Position numbers and translations under genes: made by a program
DNA from: Zygnema circumcarinatum SAG 698-1b
Lineage: Eukaryota > Plantae > Zygnematophyceae
Length of the DNA stretch: 64,000 nucleotides
Assembly (NCBI GenBank): GCA_037447605.1
Contig: CM074804.1
Coordinates: forward strand, 3,325,909 to 3,389,908
Direction of reading: 5' to 3'
Shown here: positions 12,095 through 25,732 of the stretch, piece after piece
How the letters are laid out: each line of letters opens with the position of its first letter
Position numbering within the stretch: position 1 is the first letter of the stretch
Notes under the pieces: model-generated
Seen by the model: only the letters and a program-made list of their open reading frames with translations
Database searches by the model: none
Told to the model about the DNA's origin: nothing

Positions 12095-15000
12095 ATGGCA
12101 TTTTCAGGGGTACCCAGGCGGAAGGAGAATGGGGGCAAGATAGACGCACACTCGGAGGGTCTGTGCGATGTGATTTTTGACGTCAATGGAGAGTATGTTG
12201 TCACTGGTGGGGCGGATGGACTGATAAAAATATTTTCTGCTTTGAACCTTGAAGCAGACGCCATGGCCAGCAGTGTGAAGGTCATAGAAGCGAGCAAAGA
12301 GAAGCGGGCAATAAGCGCACTTGCGATGAGCCCTCGAGGGGATAAATTTGCGTCGGGATCGCTGGATCAGCGAGTGAAACTTTGGCAGTTCCCATGTATG
12401 GCTGAACCCACTCAGTTTTTGTTAACGATACTTTTTGTGCCTTGTCAAAAAAGTAGGAGATACTTTCAAGACGATCCATGGGAGAATTCATTTGCATTTT
12501 CACTAATTCTTGAACAGCTACATACTCAAACAGCCCTCATTTCTTTTCTCGCCGAATGATTTTCCGGTTGGTTGCCGCTTCTATCATGTACTTTCGCATG
12601 TCTGGAGACTGCCAGGGCGTGGAGCTTAGTCCCTGAATGAAGCTCATTGTCTTCTTTCACACGGCAATTGTAGTGACTGTATTTTCTGCCTCTTTCCATT
12701 TGCAGCTGGTGAATTTGACAGCAGTTTTGCAAGGTTTCAGCTGCCAGTACGAGCCTTGGCGTTCAGCAGCACGGGCAGTATTTTGGCTGCAGCAGGGGAC
12801 GAGGGGACGATTAAGTTGATTCAAGTTGACACGTGCACAGTGACCTTCGCATTGACAGCAAAGGTTGGCCACGCACTTTATCAAGAACCAGGCGGCTGTC
12901 CTAATTTAGCTGCTACTGTTCGCCCTTTTTTCAGCGGTGACTGTAAAGAAGACGCTGTCAATGTTTGAGTAATTTCAACTTGGAGTGTAATGACAGGAAT
13001 GTGTTAATTTGAACAGACTTTCAATTTCTTTTTCTTCGATACAACAGAAGGAGATCATTAACCTTTTTAACCGTCAAACCATCTACTCAATGAAAAAGGT
13101 TCCAAGCTTTAAGAACTTGCCATTTGCTTCGGTTGAGGACTGAAAGAGTCGGCAAACATAGTAAACTTCTCACTGCTCTGCGTGTTCATGAGCAGGCTCA
13201 CCGTGGCCCTATAATAAGCCTGTCGTTTGATCCAAAGAACGAGCTCTTCGCTTCAGCAGATACTGATGGCGTTGTTGTGATATGGGCTTGGGACCCTGAT
13301 ACTGACTGGACGGTAAGGCTGCTCTTGATCCTTTAGTGACTCTATGGTTGAGAATGTTGCGCTTTCAATACCAAAAATTCAGTTCCTTACTGTCCCTACG
13401 GCAGTGTTTCTGGGTGAGATTGACGTAGCTGAACTTAATGGAGCCGTTAGGCAGGCAGTTGAGATTTTGGCAGTGCCTTGACAACCCCTCATGCCAATGT
13501 TACGAGGGACTCTCCTTTGACCCTTGCAGGTTAGGAATGATGACACTCACAGATGTCCCGCTTCAGATCCCACTGAATTGCAGCGTATGGCTATTGCATG
13601 GCAACCAGACAGCGGCAACTACTTGGCTGCACCAGATGAAAACCACGAGGTTTACCTACTGGACCGTGACATGGCTCAAATCTTGAAAGATGAGCGCCTC
13701 AAGGTAAGGGAGCGGATTCAACTTGGGAGCCTTCATTGCACACAAATCTCCAATCTTACTTTGCACTCGCACGTCCAAACCTCCATTTCCTATCCTATTT
13801 CATTTCCTATTTTTTTCTCAGCTTTTTCCAGTGAATTCCAACCCACTCCTACTGACTGGGAAAGCTTTAACTTTAGCCACCTTTTTTATTCTGCCTGCAT
13901 TTTCTGTGTCACGCCGACTTGAAAGTTCCATAGCCCTTAGACTATTCTTTCTTGCCATGGAGCCTGGACGTTGTTCGCATTTTTCTTGACCATGTGAGGG
14001 CCCAGGGGGAGTCATGGTCTTGATTTGAACTTTCCTCTACGTTTCTCTGCTGTCAAACAGGGTGCACACAACGCCGACATCGCCGTCCTTGCTTGGTCTC
14101 CCAATGGACGTTACATTGCGACAGCTGCAGCGGATGGACAAGTTATTGTATGGGACACAGTGAACAGGCAGGATGTTGGTTGCCAAAAGGTCTCAGTCCC
14201 AGTGTGTGGCTTGGACTGGAAGCCTAATGGCAATGCTCTCGCCATGATTGGCATCGATGGGAAGATGGCTGTATGGTGCAGTCCTGTACCGGACCACATG
14301 CCTTCTCCATTTGAAGGAGCCCAAAAATCTGCTGGTAGGTGCCGATCAGTTATCGATTTTCTTCATTTTCAGAAATGAACATATGTTTCCCTACCTCCTA
14401 AACGTGCTGCATAGGAACCGTTCTACCGTTGGAACTCGCAGTTTTGCCTGAGGAGTTCCGCAGGGATGCAGTTCCGCCTGCCTTCGCATTCATCATCTGG
14501 CATTTAAGAGAGCAATAATGAAAGCTCCTTGATATATCAGGGCTGGATGACATCTATTGATGCTTGCATTTGAAGAAAACTAAGTCAAATCACCTACTGC
14601 AGCAACTAAAACGATTAGTCGACCTCCAGGCAAAAGCTTGTTGACGTGCCACCACCTTGCATACTGTGTGGTGATGCCCACTGTCAGTGACATAAAATTA
14701 CGTTGTACTGACTATTGTATGTCCGCAGGCATTGATAGGAAAATTGTCTACGACTTCCATGACGACCCTGACGTAAGAACAGACGAGGCTGGACATGAGG
14801 AACCACTGGAAGATGCCAGTGAGTTGAAAGATGATACCGAGAATGGTGAAGATGTCGAAGAATTTGATGAAAGCGATTCTGACAAAGTAGAGTTTAGGAG
14901 ATCAGCCTCGCGGAACAAGGTGAATGCCAGGCGTGGCCTCTCCATGGGACAACAGGCACTGGACGCTATTTCTGATGATGAAAGGGAGCTACACAAGGAC

Positions 15001-18000
15001 AGAAAGGTGCATCGCAGCAAAGATTCCTTTCGTGAATTCCGTAAAGAAATTGTGACTCATGCTGATACCGGTACTCCGATGCAGGTATGGCTGCAGAACT
15101 ATTTTTGTTTCAGCTCTATGTGAACATGAGTTTGTTTATTGGTTGCAAATTGCTTGACTCCCAGTAACTCCATTCCTAAGACTTCGTTATATACTGCATG
15201 TATTTAGCACTTGTTTCCATCCGGTTGCAGCCAGCATTTCAGCCTGGAGCCACGGATTCAATTCCAGGAAAGAGGCACTTCCTTGCGTATAATTTGATGG
15301 GCTGTATAACAACAAAACAGGAGGACGGTCATTCTCACATTGAGGTGAATTTCTTGCTATCAATTGCTGAGAATAAAGTTTTCCATCCCACACAAACTTC
15401 AGCAAAAAATTTCGCTTCCAAACGGAAGACCTTATTGAGTTGAAGCGCCAGTTTCTACGCTGAAGCTCAACAATGATACTCATTCATTGGCCCTAGGTGC
15501 TGCTGAAATTATGTTTGGGTATTCGCAGTAAGAGAGAAGTTTCCTGCTCATGCTCTTACGCTGCCTATCAGAAAAGCATTAGACTACTCGTTGTTCGTAG
15601 AAAATCAGATGGTCATTCAGAGCTACTGCACAAGTAACCTGCTGAAGCAAGCCATTGTGTGAATGTGGGTACGAAAAAAAGGCACACAAAGACGATGTCT
15701 ACAATTCTAGTTAAGATATCATGCAGCAAACAAAGAAATGCTGGAGCTGATTGCGCTCGGGGTGACAGACTGACTTCCACGACGCCAACATTGGATATAG
15801 AGTTCCGCCCATGACAGACTACTACGGTTTCACAATGGCAGCTCTTGGAGACAAAGGGAGTGCATTTGCGAATCCTAAGAAAGGGGATAAGAGCCCGAGT
15901 ACATTTCTGTACCGACCTTTCAACAGCTGGGCTGCAAATAGCGAGGTGAATATCCCGTATGGATGTAGTCATATTACTAAGCCGCAAATGCATGACCATT
16001 CCTCCTTCACCACCTCTTGCTTTCGTCCACAAAGTAGAGGAGTCGCAAAAAAAGTGGCGCTTTTCTGAGTACCCAGGGTCCTTCCTGTTAACGATGATGG
16101 CCCTTAGTAAAGGAGGAGGGGCCTGTTTGCAGTGGTCGATGCGGTTTTCAGGAGAAGAAGAAGTTCGCAGTGTTGCTGTGGGACGACGGTGGGCAGCCGC
16201 TGCAACAAGCTTGCATCTGCTGCGCATCTTTTCAGACTCAGGAATACAGGCAAGGCCCGTGATACAAACGCAGTTCAATACTGCTATCTCGAGTTGTGCA
16301 GGAATCTGTCTCAGCTGACTAGCAGTACAGCTACGGCTTCTGCCAGATTTTAGATCGCAAAGGTTCCTCTAACTACGTTCAAGTGATAATGTTAAGTTTA
16401 TGGATTCTGTTCCTACGCGGAACAGAGGAAGCTGAGCGAAGCACATGAAAGTAGAACAAAGTTGGAGAGATTCAAACGTGTTACTGCAGATGATTTTTTA
16501 TTGTCTGTCTGAACAGCGACATGTCTTATCGCTCGGAGGCCCTGTTGTGGCTATGGCCGGCCATGAACACCTTCTGGCAGTCGCCACGCATGCAGCTGCC
16601 CCTCTACCATGCGGTGACCAGGTGCGGCAAGTTATCATCGGCTCAGAGACATACAGCCATGATTATGGCTTGTGGCTGCACAGCATGCTAGCTTCTTTTG
16701 TGAAAGGTCCTCCTTTTGTCCTTGGGAGCAGAAGCAATGAGCTTGTTTCCCTGCGCAGGTGTTGGAGTTCGCAACGTATGATGTGTACGAACAACGGAAA
16801 GTGAGCTCCGGCCGACTCATGCTCTCTCCAAGGGCGAATTTGACATGGCTGGGCTTCTCTGAAGGCGCCAACCTCTGCACTTATGATTCACAGGTGAATA
16901 ATGTGTCCGGAAGGTGGCTCACACATGAGCTTGCTCCCACATGGATAATTGCTGATAATCATCCTTCACTTCTTATCCCTTTCAATGCTACGCTGTCAGC
17001 AGATTACTCGTGTTCTTTTATCTTCAGGCCCAGTGCAGGACACTTTTTGGCTCGAAAGAGCAGTGTCTAGATGTGCTTTACACCTTGTTACCAGTTTCGT
17101 TTGCTTTCCGTCGAGGCAACAAACTCTGCATATTTATGTCAATGTCTTCTTCATTTCATTTAACCCACGGAGCTGTCTGATTGGCAGGGCGTTCTGCGGT
17201 CGTTCTCCCTGGACTATGGTGGCAGCTGGATTCCAATCTTTAGGTTTTTCTTAAACACTGAAACCTGATTTTTCCGTCCTGCCAACGTTGCTTTGTTTGC
17301 TCTACTTGTCCAGCTTTTTAGTTGGTTATACATCAGCATAACGTTCACAATCCACAGAAACAGGCCAGACAGTTCAGCATATCGTCAAGCATGGAGGAAA
17401 TTAGATGCTGATTTGTTTTGAGAGGCATGGCATGGACGCAGCTCGGCAACTGAGCGCAAAGACAGCGAGGAGAGCCACTGGATGGTAGGGTTGAACGAGA
17501 AGCAGGTGTTTGTCATCACTTGCAAGCTGCCTGAAATGCAGCCGCAGGTAAGCAACCTACAGGGCAAGATTGCAAGTTGACTTCTTCCCGTTCGCAGCTG
17601 CTAATGCTCTCATTTACCCCAGCGTGAGCACATAAAATCTTGAAATTTCGCATACACGAGGCTGGTGTGCAACTCAAGAAATGCTCTGCAGATTACTTCA
17701 ATGAACCCCAAAGTCTACCTATTCACGCCTGAGCTTAGCTTCACCTTTCTTTCTAAACATCTTCAAACCACCTTGACCATAGTTAACATCCTACCACTCG
17801 CCGCAGGTGCTACCACGGCCGGTTCACACCATCGTTGCCCCTTCAGCGCCGCTCGCACATTCCGACCTCGGAGCGGATCCTTTGGAAAAGGAACTCGTTT
17901 GGAAGTCCTCTCTGCTATCTCAGGTGCTCGCACCAGCTGGACTAACGTTTCATGTCTGCGTGAAGTTGAGAGAGCATAAGCATATGCTCAGATGGCTTCC

Positions 18001-19346
18001 ACTGCTTCAAGGAGAAACACACGAAACATTCACTTTGGGCACGCAGGGCCTAAATAGTATTAGGGGAAACGCTTCCCTAAGTTCAAGTCGTTTTCTTGGG
18101 CCACGTGCAGTATCGAGCTAGAGCAGACGAGGCCTCGGCCGAAGGGAGGGAGGATGAAGAAGAGGAGGAGAAAATACTTGCAGGAGAGGCAGAGCTCGAC
18201 CGCTGTCTACTCCGACTCATTGCTGCAGCTTGCAAGGGTGAGCCCATCCTTACTCTCCTAAGGGAAAGCAGACTGCCCAAGTCTCTGTTGGGTGCTCAGA
18301 CTGAACCAGTCCTCACAGAGACTTACCCCGGTGAAAATACAGTCCTCATTGTAAGTTAAGCCAAGAGTGGTATGAAACCGCAAGTTGCCGGGTTGTGCCT
18401 GCAGCGGAGAAATTGGTGCGCGCACTGGACCTGGCGGCCATGCTGTCGCTGCACCGCTCGCTGGAGGGCGCGGTGAAGCTCGCAAACGCCATGCGCCTGC
18501 CGCCTCTCGCTGAGCGCCTCAACCTCCTGCTGGAGGTCAGGAGCTGCCTTCGTGGTTTTCTGCTTCATCTTTCAGTTTCCAGTTTCTTTCTTTATCCATT
18601 TTTGAGGCGTAATATGGGGTACTACTGACTTGCGTGCTCGCTGGAGAGAAAATGCAGTCAATGCTACTTTGGCACCATTGTTGTTTATGTGACGTGTTGG
18701 TGGTTCGGAAAATATCCTAGGCATGCGTCACAGCGGGCAATGTGAGGTATGATGTTTGCAGGAGAAGCTTCGGGAAGAGGAGGGGCAGAATGTCAGTCGC
18801 AACTGGCCAAGCACGTCTGGAAAGCGCCAAGTCTCGCCTCCATCTGACATGGCGGAGCCGCTCCATCCCACGCCTGACCTGCCGAGATTCAAAGCCCCCC
18901 GAAACCCAGACCAAGAGGACGGGGCCTCCCCAAGTTCTGCGGCCAGGAGTGGTGCCGCCCGAGGCGCCCCTGGCGGCCGCTTGGAAGGAGAGAGAAGGAA
19001 TGAGGGGCTGAGGCCCCCCAAGCCGCAGCAGCAGCAGCAGCAACAGGCTTCGTTGCCAAGCAGAGTTGAAAGAACAGTTTCAGCACTACCTGGTCTCGAA
19101 AGGCGCAGCGAAGGGCAGGAGACAGGTGCTGTGCCGGCAGCCATGGCTTCCAACCCCTTTGCTAAGGCGGGGAAGCTCTTCGCCAAAGGAGGAACCAGCA
19201 GTGAAGCGGCGAGCACAGGCGAGTCCTTCATGGGGTCGCTGAAGAAGCTGCAGGAAGGCCAGGAGGCCGACGGCCTAAAGAGGAAAGGCGCAGTGGAAGC
19301 CAAAAGCCTGTTCCAGCGCCTGCCCAAGATGGCAAAAGCAAAATGA
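12095..19346 (+). CDS. WDHD1: WD repeat / SepB replisome adaptor (AND-1/Ctf4/WDHD1), multi-exon
   Basis: N-terminal WD40 repeats (VVTGGADGLIKIF, FASGSLDQRVKLW, LAWSPNGRYIAT) are followed by a SepB/Mcl1 mid-domain (FQPGAT..KRHFLAYNLMGCIT, LYRPFNSWAANSE, LTWLGFSEG) and helical RALDLAAML..AVKLA..LAERL. No HMG box, as in plants. Confidence 0.93.
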
Positions 19347-19621
19347 TGAATTGGAGATGCCATGTCCGCTCTGTACAGTCACATAGGATAATCTTGAATG
19401 AATAATGGCATGTCGCCATGTCCATGTCCTTGGCTCTTAGTTTCTCGCCTCTTGGCTGTATATCACTACAGTTATCCAGCGCATATCATGCAAAATTGGT
19501 GATGATAGAATGTCCTAAATGTATCATGTGAGTGAACGGCATGTCAATCGTTAGAGTCGCGCCCTTGTGCAATGTTGTGATTGTGACATCGGCACAACCT
19601 CTTGCAAGTGCGAGTTGGCTG

Positions 19622-20004
19622 CGACCGACCGACCGACCGACCGAGCACGAGCGCGCGCGTCTGCTGATTCTCCTGGAAGTCACGCCGCCCAGGGCCCGCC
19701 TCATCGCGCGCCACGTGGCCGGCTGACTCGGCACCGCCCCCGCGGTCCCCCCCCTGCGCCGCGCGGCGCCCTACAGCGCTTTTCGGGCTTGCCGCGCACG
19801 AGGAGGGAGAGCTCGCCCCCGGCCCCGACGCGGCGCGCCCTCTGCCGTACGGCGCCACGCTGCGCCTAACCGCGCGCGTTGACTTGTGGTCCCGCCGGAT
19901 GGCTCCTCCCCGCGCGCAGTCCGACGTGGCGCCCCACACGGCCACGCCACCACGCCGCATCTCCGAGAAAAGTGGTCCCGAATCGTGGGACGCGCTGACG
20001 TGGC
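19622..20004 (+). promoter_or_regulatory. GC-rich malate synthase promoter with tandem DRE/CRT cores and G-box/ABRE elements
   Basis: (CCGA)n gives four ACCGAC cores (19624-19641). GCCACGTGGC at 19710-19719; ACGTGGC at 19924 and 19998. Confidence 0.55.
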
Positions 20005-20756
20005 GTTATCTGGAGGACGGATATTGGCGGTGCATGGCCCCCTTGGCCGCGCCTGCAGGGCGGGGCGGGGCGGGGCGGGGCGGCCTCCAAATATTATTTG
20101 GAGCGCGTGCAGGCGGGGGGGGGAGTAGGCGGGGCTTGGAGCGGGCGTAGGGCGGCGCCGCGTGCAGGAAAGGGGCAGGGGCAGGGGCTTGTGCTGCACG
20201 CTTCGGTGCGGTGAGGCCTCAAGAAAGAGTGAGCTTCAGCGGCCATGGCGGCTGTGGGCATAGACTTGCAAAATGATTTAGAGGGCTGGGTTTGAAGAGA
20301 CGAGCGTTGGGATGTTTTTGCATGGGAGAGAGTGGGGAGGGGTGAAGGCACGAAGTTGGCAGATTCGTCAGGCGGGAAAAGGCCGGGAGTTGTTTTTTTT
20401 CTGACGTTTGGTTTTCTTCTGATATATGAGGAAAATATTCCTCATATATTATTTTATTTTGAGGAATTGTATTCTGTTCTAAGAATAAAATTCTTTTGTG
20501 CATAGGAGCCCGGCAGTCAGCTATTTTTCGATCCTTCAGAAGTTGGCGCATGTAGAATTACCTAGATTCCAGTGCGGTCAGTATGGCAAATTGTGCTAAT
20601 TGCTTTTGGGACCTCCATGGTTCTAAAGTAGCTAAGAAAATATGGAAACATTTTCGCTTCCTTCTTTTCATTCCTTTCCTTTCAATGTTCTTGAATCTCT
20701 AATTTTTGCATTAGTGAAAACTTCATGCAATGCAGGTAGTCCCTTCAGGTGCAAAA

Positions 20757-23700
20757 ATGGAGTTTTACACACCCTCTGTGGAGCGGCTTCCGGCCCGTCA
20801 ATACCCGGCCGGTGTACGAATTCGTGGAGTTATGAAACCGGGATATGAGACGATTTTGACTCCAGGTAACCTCTATCAATCAAATGCAGCAGTTATTTTA
20901 GCAGTGCTTACGTCACATGCGTTCTAGGTATGTGGATCTTTCTCGAAAAACACGACTGAAATGTGTGTGTTTCTTTATCATACAGAGGCCGTGGAGTTTG
21001 TTGCGGATCTCGTCCGAACCTTTAGACCTCGAGTGAAGTATATTCTTGCGTGCAGAGCGGAAGCACAGGCGCGATATGACGCTGGAGAGCTCCCAGGTTT
21101 CTGTCCAGCGACAAAGGCCATCCGCGAGGGTGACTGGAAGTGCCCTTCCCCGCCTGCAGCAATTGCAGACCGGCGGGTTGAGATCACTGGCCCAGTTGAC
21201 AGGAAAATGGTTATCAATGCGATGAATTCTGGGGCAAGGATGTTCATGGTGAGGTCCGTTTTTACGTGCAAGGCTTGAAAAAGCGTTTGCGACTGATTTG
21301 AAGCTAACATTCTTGAGTGCAATGTGCTCTCCCGTTACTGCGTGTTTACTTATTGTTTAGGAGCAGGTAAGGCTCATAAGGACATTTTATACAACAGTTA
21401 ATGGCAAGAAGATAAAAAAAAATTGAGCCTCTATTTTGCCGTGAATAATTTCTGAGATAAGTGCATTGAAATCGGGTGGGAGATTCGTTGTCCTCTTTGT
21501 CGGTTCTGAACATGTAGTTGACGGCAATGCAGGCTGACTTCGAAGACTCTTTAGCGCCGGTTTGGACCAATGCAATGGATGGCCATATCAATCTTCGAGA
21601 TGCCGTTAATCGCACTATCCGCTACGAGGATAAAGCTAGGAACAAGGTTTACTCGTTAAATGAGAAAACAGCAGTACTACTTGTTCGCCCTCGTGGCTGG
21701 CACCTTCCAGGTATGTTACTTGCCCTGCAGCAGTGTGTATAGTGTGATGGCTTTCAAGGCACGGCACCTGAGCAGGTTGAAAGTTCATGTGCAACTTGCT
21801 GGCAAAGTGAAGGAGTTTACACACATCTCCTTACGATTAGATTACTCGGGAAGTCTGAATTGGAAGGACCGCTCTTGCTGAAGTGAGCGAAAATATCTTG
21901 AGAAGAACTACGTGTCTTTTTGCCCCCATACAAAACGGAATTCTTGCGTTTATTTTTTCCAAGTGCTGAAATCGTTAGAACATGAGCAATTTTTATTTTG
22001 TTACCTCTGGGTACTTGGGCATTGTCGAGGTGGACTGCATTAAATTTGCATGTGGGGTTGTTCATGGGATTCTCAACTATAGTCAACACGAAAGTAGTCT
22101 CTTGTATACCCTCAAATTATGTTTTACCTGACCTTCATGCAAAGGCGCCGACATCGTGCAGAGGCTCATTTCGAAGTGGATGGTGAACCTGCGACTGGAT
22201 GTCTTGTTGATTTTGGCCTGTACTACTTCCATAATCAGGCAAACTTCCGCGCCCAGCATGGAGGAGCAGGACCATTCTTTTATCTCCCAAAGATGCAGCA
22301 TTCACGTGAAGCTGCTCTATGGAATTCAGTCTTTGAACGAGCGCAGGCCAACGTCCGAGCTCCTCAAGGAACCATCAAGGCCACATGTCTCATCGAGACT
22401 TTGCCAGCGGTGTTTCAGGTAAACCCTTTGTGCCACCTCCATTCAAATGTCCTCCTCCACTTTGCTCTGTTTGAAGCTATGTCTGAAAATCCTGGTAGTT
22501 GCAAAAGTTTGCTGCTTTAATGGAATGTGGAACTCGTTTTCCTTTCGTTCGCAGATGCATGAAATTATCTACGAGCTTCGTAATCACTCTGCCGGTCTAA
22601 ACTGCGGTCGTTGGGACTACATTTTTTCGTTCATAAAGACAGTGAAGGCTCACCCAGACCGACTTATGCCTGATCGTAATCAAGTTGGAATGACTCAGGT
22701 AATATTACACATCTCCAAGCAGCAAGTTCTTGCAAGTTAAACGTGGCTGCTCATACGTCTGAGAGTTTTTCATTGCTAAACAATTTCGATATTTCATAAT
22801 TAATGCAGCATTTTTTGAAAAGCTACACGGAGCTGCTGATCAAGACCTGCCATAAGCGTGGCGTTCATGCGATGGGAGGAATGGTGAGTTTGAAGCCTTA
22901 CTTCATTTATTTTCCTTTCCGTCAAAATGCTTCACTTTTTTATTGCTCACTAATTTCCCGGTCTTTCTCTAAAGGCGCAAACAATTTCACTCGTAATCTT
23001 GAAGAATCCAGCAACCTGTATGCGACCACCCACTGTGGTCGCATTCGATGTTGATTCAACTGGGAATGGATGCTTCTGTAGGCTGCCCAAATCCCCATCA
23101 AGGATGATCCCGCCGCAAATGAAGTAGCAGCTGCCAAGGTCAGCGCGGACAAGCTCCGTGAAGTGCTGGCTGGGCACGACGGCACGTGGGCGGCTCACCC
23201 CGGGCTGGTGCCGCTGGTGACGGATGTGTTTTCCAAGCACATGCATACTCCGAATCAGCTTAATGTCAAGCGTGAGGACGTAAATGTGACTGAGCAGGAT
23301 CTTTTGGAGATGCCCAAGGGTACACGCACACTTGATGGCCTCCGCCTGAACACCAGGGTTGGAATTCAGGTGCGGAGTTTTGTCAGTGATGTCGATTAAA
23401 TGCCTCTGACAGTGAAAATATTCATGGGTTGCCTGAGACTTACAAAGTGGCCCTGTCTCTGTGTATTTCGATTCACGTTCCTGACAACATGCTTGGGCAT
23501 ATTTCGACGCGCCATTTTTGCAGTATCTTGCAGCATGGATGACTGGAACCGGCTCCGTACCGCTGTACAACCTTATGGAAGACGCTGCTACGGCAGAAAT
23601 CAGCCGTGTTCAGAATTGGCAATGGATCCGCTATGGGGCTGTGCTCGATGGCGAGCTGGTCCCCGTCCGTGTCACCAAGGAGCTGTTTAGCCGAGTCCTC

Positions 23701-24287
23701 GAGGAAGAGCTCCAGCGGATCGCAAGCGAGGTTGGACAAAAGAAGTTCGCAATTGGTCGCTTCAAGGTACCGTTCATTCACTGAATGCTCCCTCAATGCA
23801 GGCAACAATTTAAGGGACCAATTAGTTCTCATCCCTTTTTTTAATCATATCGACGGAATCGTTTGGCACCTCGATGATACAACTTGCAAATGCACATTCT
23901 CAGTTTCTTAACGACTGAAAACGCTTCAAACATTTAGATGATAACAGTAATTATACCAATTTGCCCAATTTTAATTTATTCGTTTAGCAGATGTGCCACA
24001 TTTAGTGTTAGTGACCGGGCAGTGACCAGTCATGACAATCGCATGCTTAATTCTTTTGGATGAAAAAAAGTCCAAGCATTTCGCCATTTTCTTACTGCTT
24101 GTATTGTCTTGCCATAAATCGTACTCTTTAGTCTTACAAAAGATGAAATGGTTTTGGCTGGAAGCAGGAGGCTGCGGAGTTATTCGCCAGGCAATGTACA
24201 ACAGCAGACCTCGGGGATTTCCTCACCTCTGATGCTTACAAGTACATCACCGCCATCATTCCGGAGGGACCAATCTCCAAGCTGTAA
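20757..24287 (+). CDS. MLS: Malate synthase, glyoxysomal (PTS1 -SKL), multi-exon
   Basis: Motifs [80 protein letters not shown]|[18 protein letters not shown] and [14 protein letters not shown]; ends GPISKL* (TAA 24285-24287). Confidence 0.97.
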
Positions 24288-25732
24288 AATAGTAACCGGT
24301 ACGGTTCAAAAAATGTCTACGTGCCACCAAGCCTTTTGCTTCTGCCTTCTGCTGTGGGATTGGCAAGCGTAGGAGTCATAAAATCAGTCCGAAGTTAATG
24401 TTCAGATAATGTTCGCTTAAGCCTTAGCGAGGACTTGTTTTCTTAAATCTCGGATTGAGAAGGGTTCGATTCAATCATACAACATTCGATACATTGAAAC
24501 ATACAAAAGACGGAGGTTCAGACTTTCACGCTTTTGGGATTCGAAATTGATCCTCTCTTTCCCTCAAAGTTAGTAGTAATATTGAATCCCGAGATACTTC
24601 GTTCAAAACATTTTCCATATCGATTTATTCGATTCTGAAATCCCTACTCTGTTCCCCACCAAAAAGGATGAGGAAGTATGTACTTGATCTGACTGTGTCG
24701 CGTTGCCATTTGTTTTTTTCACAGGTTCCAAGGCGGTTGTGGTTCCACGAGTGATGGGAGAGGTGTTTGCCTGGTTTTTTCAACGGCGAGAGACTATCGG
24801 CAGCGGTTGGGTGGTAGGCCCGGGGACTCAAAACGGGTGTGAGAATGTACAGGTCGACGTGGTAACTCGTCCAGGAGTCTCGTTTCAGACTCATGTGAAC
24901 CCACGGTTTCAATTAACTTGGTCGCTCTTACCTGTGCTACCTCCATCACAATTAGAATTTCCTATTTCCGAGGCGGAAATGCGTGAAATCACATTTTATT
25001 TTCGGGGATTTTTTTTTTTTACGCTGCTCGATGCTTAGTTGTTCCAGCGCATCTTTGAATCTGATCTTCATGCTTTTACTTTCAACGAATTGCGAAAGAG
25101 TTGAAAGCGATCTATGATTTCGATTGAGTCAGTTAAACCATTGTGCCTCTTCAGTCACAGCCTATGAAAAGATGTTTCAGGAAGGCACATTCTCTTTTCA
25201 AATTCAATTTTCTAAATCTATACTTATTACCGAAATTTTTCATGATGTACCCCATAGCAACTAAAACATTCTCCGACTGCCCCTCGCTTCGCTGGTTCGG
25301 AATGGACTGTGCTAGTGCCGGCGTAGACCATGCCATCGCGGCTGGAACAAGGAACTACTACCTGCTTGCTGCTTACCGAATTAAAGCATGCGTCCCGAGC
25401 GAATCAGGGCCCCGCCTGGAGGCACTTCTCATGTGCAAACCGATTAAAAAACCAAAGTTATACAGGTTGTTACGGGCACACATCTTGCTACTCCAGCCTC
25501 GTAAGCGCAAGACATCAGAGATGCAGTGGTGGCAAGAGTCGTAGTGAGCCCCAAGCCTGGACATCCACAGGGTGGACAAACAAAAGGCACATGCTTTGCC
25601 CCCTCTCTCCAGCTTTGCACAAGCAATTCACCACAAGCTTCAGAGACAAATGCTAGGAAAATTCATTTATTTGAAGAGAATGGCGCATGGCGTTCCCTTA
25701 TGATCAAACGCTCTGTCCAGATACACTCGCCT

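Noticed and set aside
20245-20290. Alternative N-terminal exon or uORF of malate synthase
   Set aside because: The ATG lies downstream of strong donors at 20211 and 20229, so it is likely intronic.
24420-24480. tRNA (GGTTCGATTC)
   Set aside because: Isolated B-box-like string with no cloverleaf and a weak A-box.
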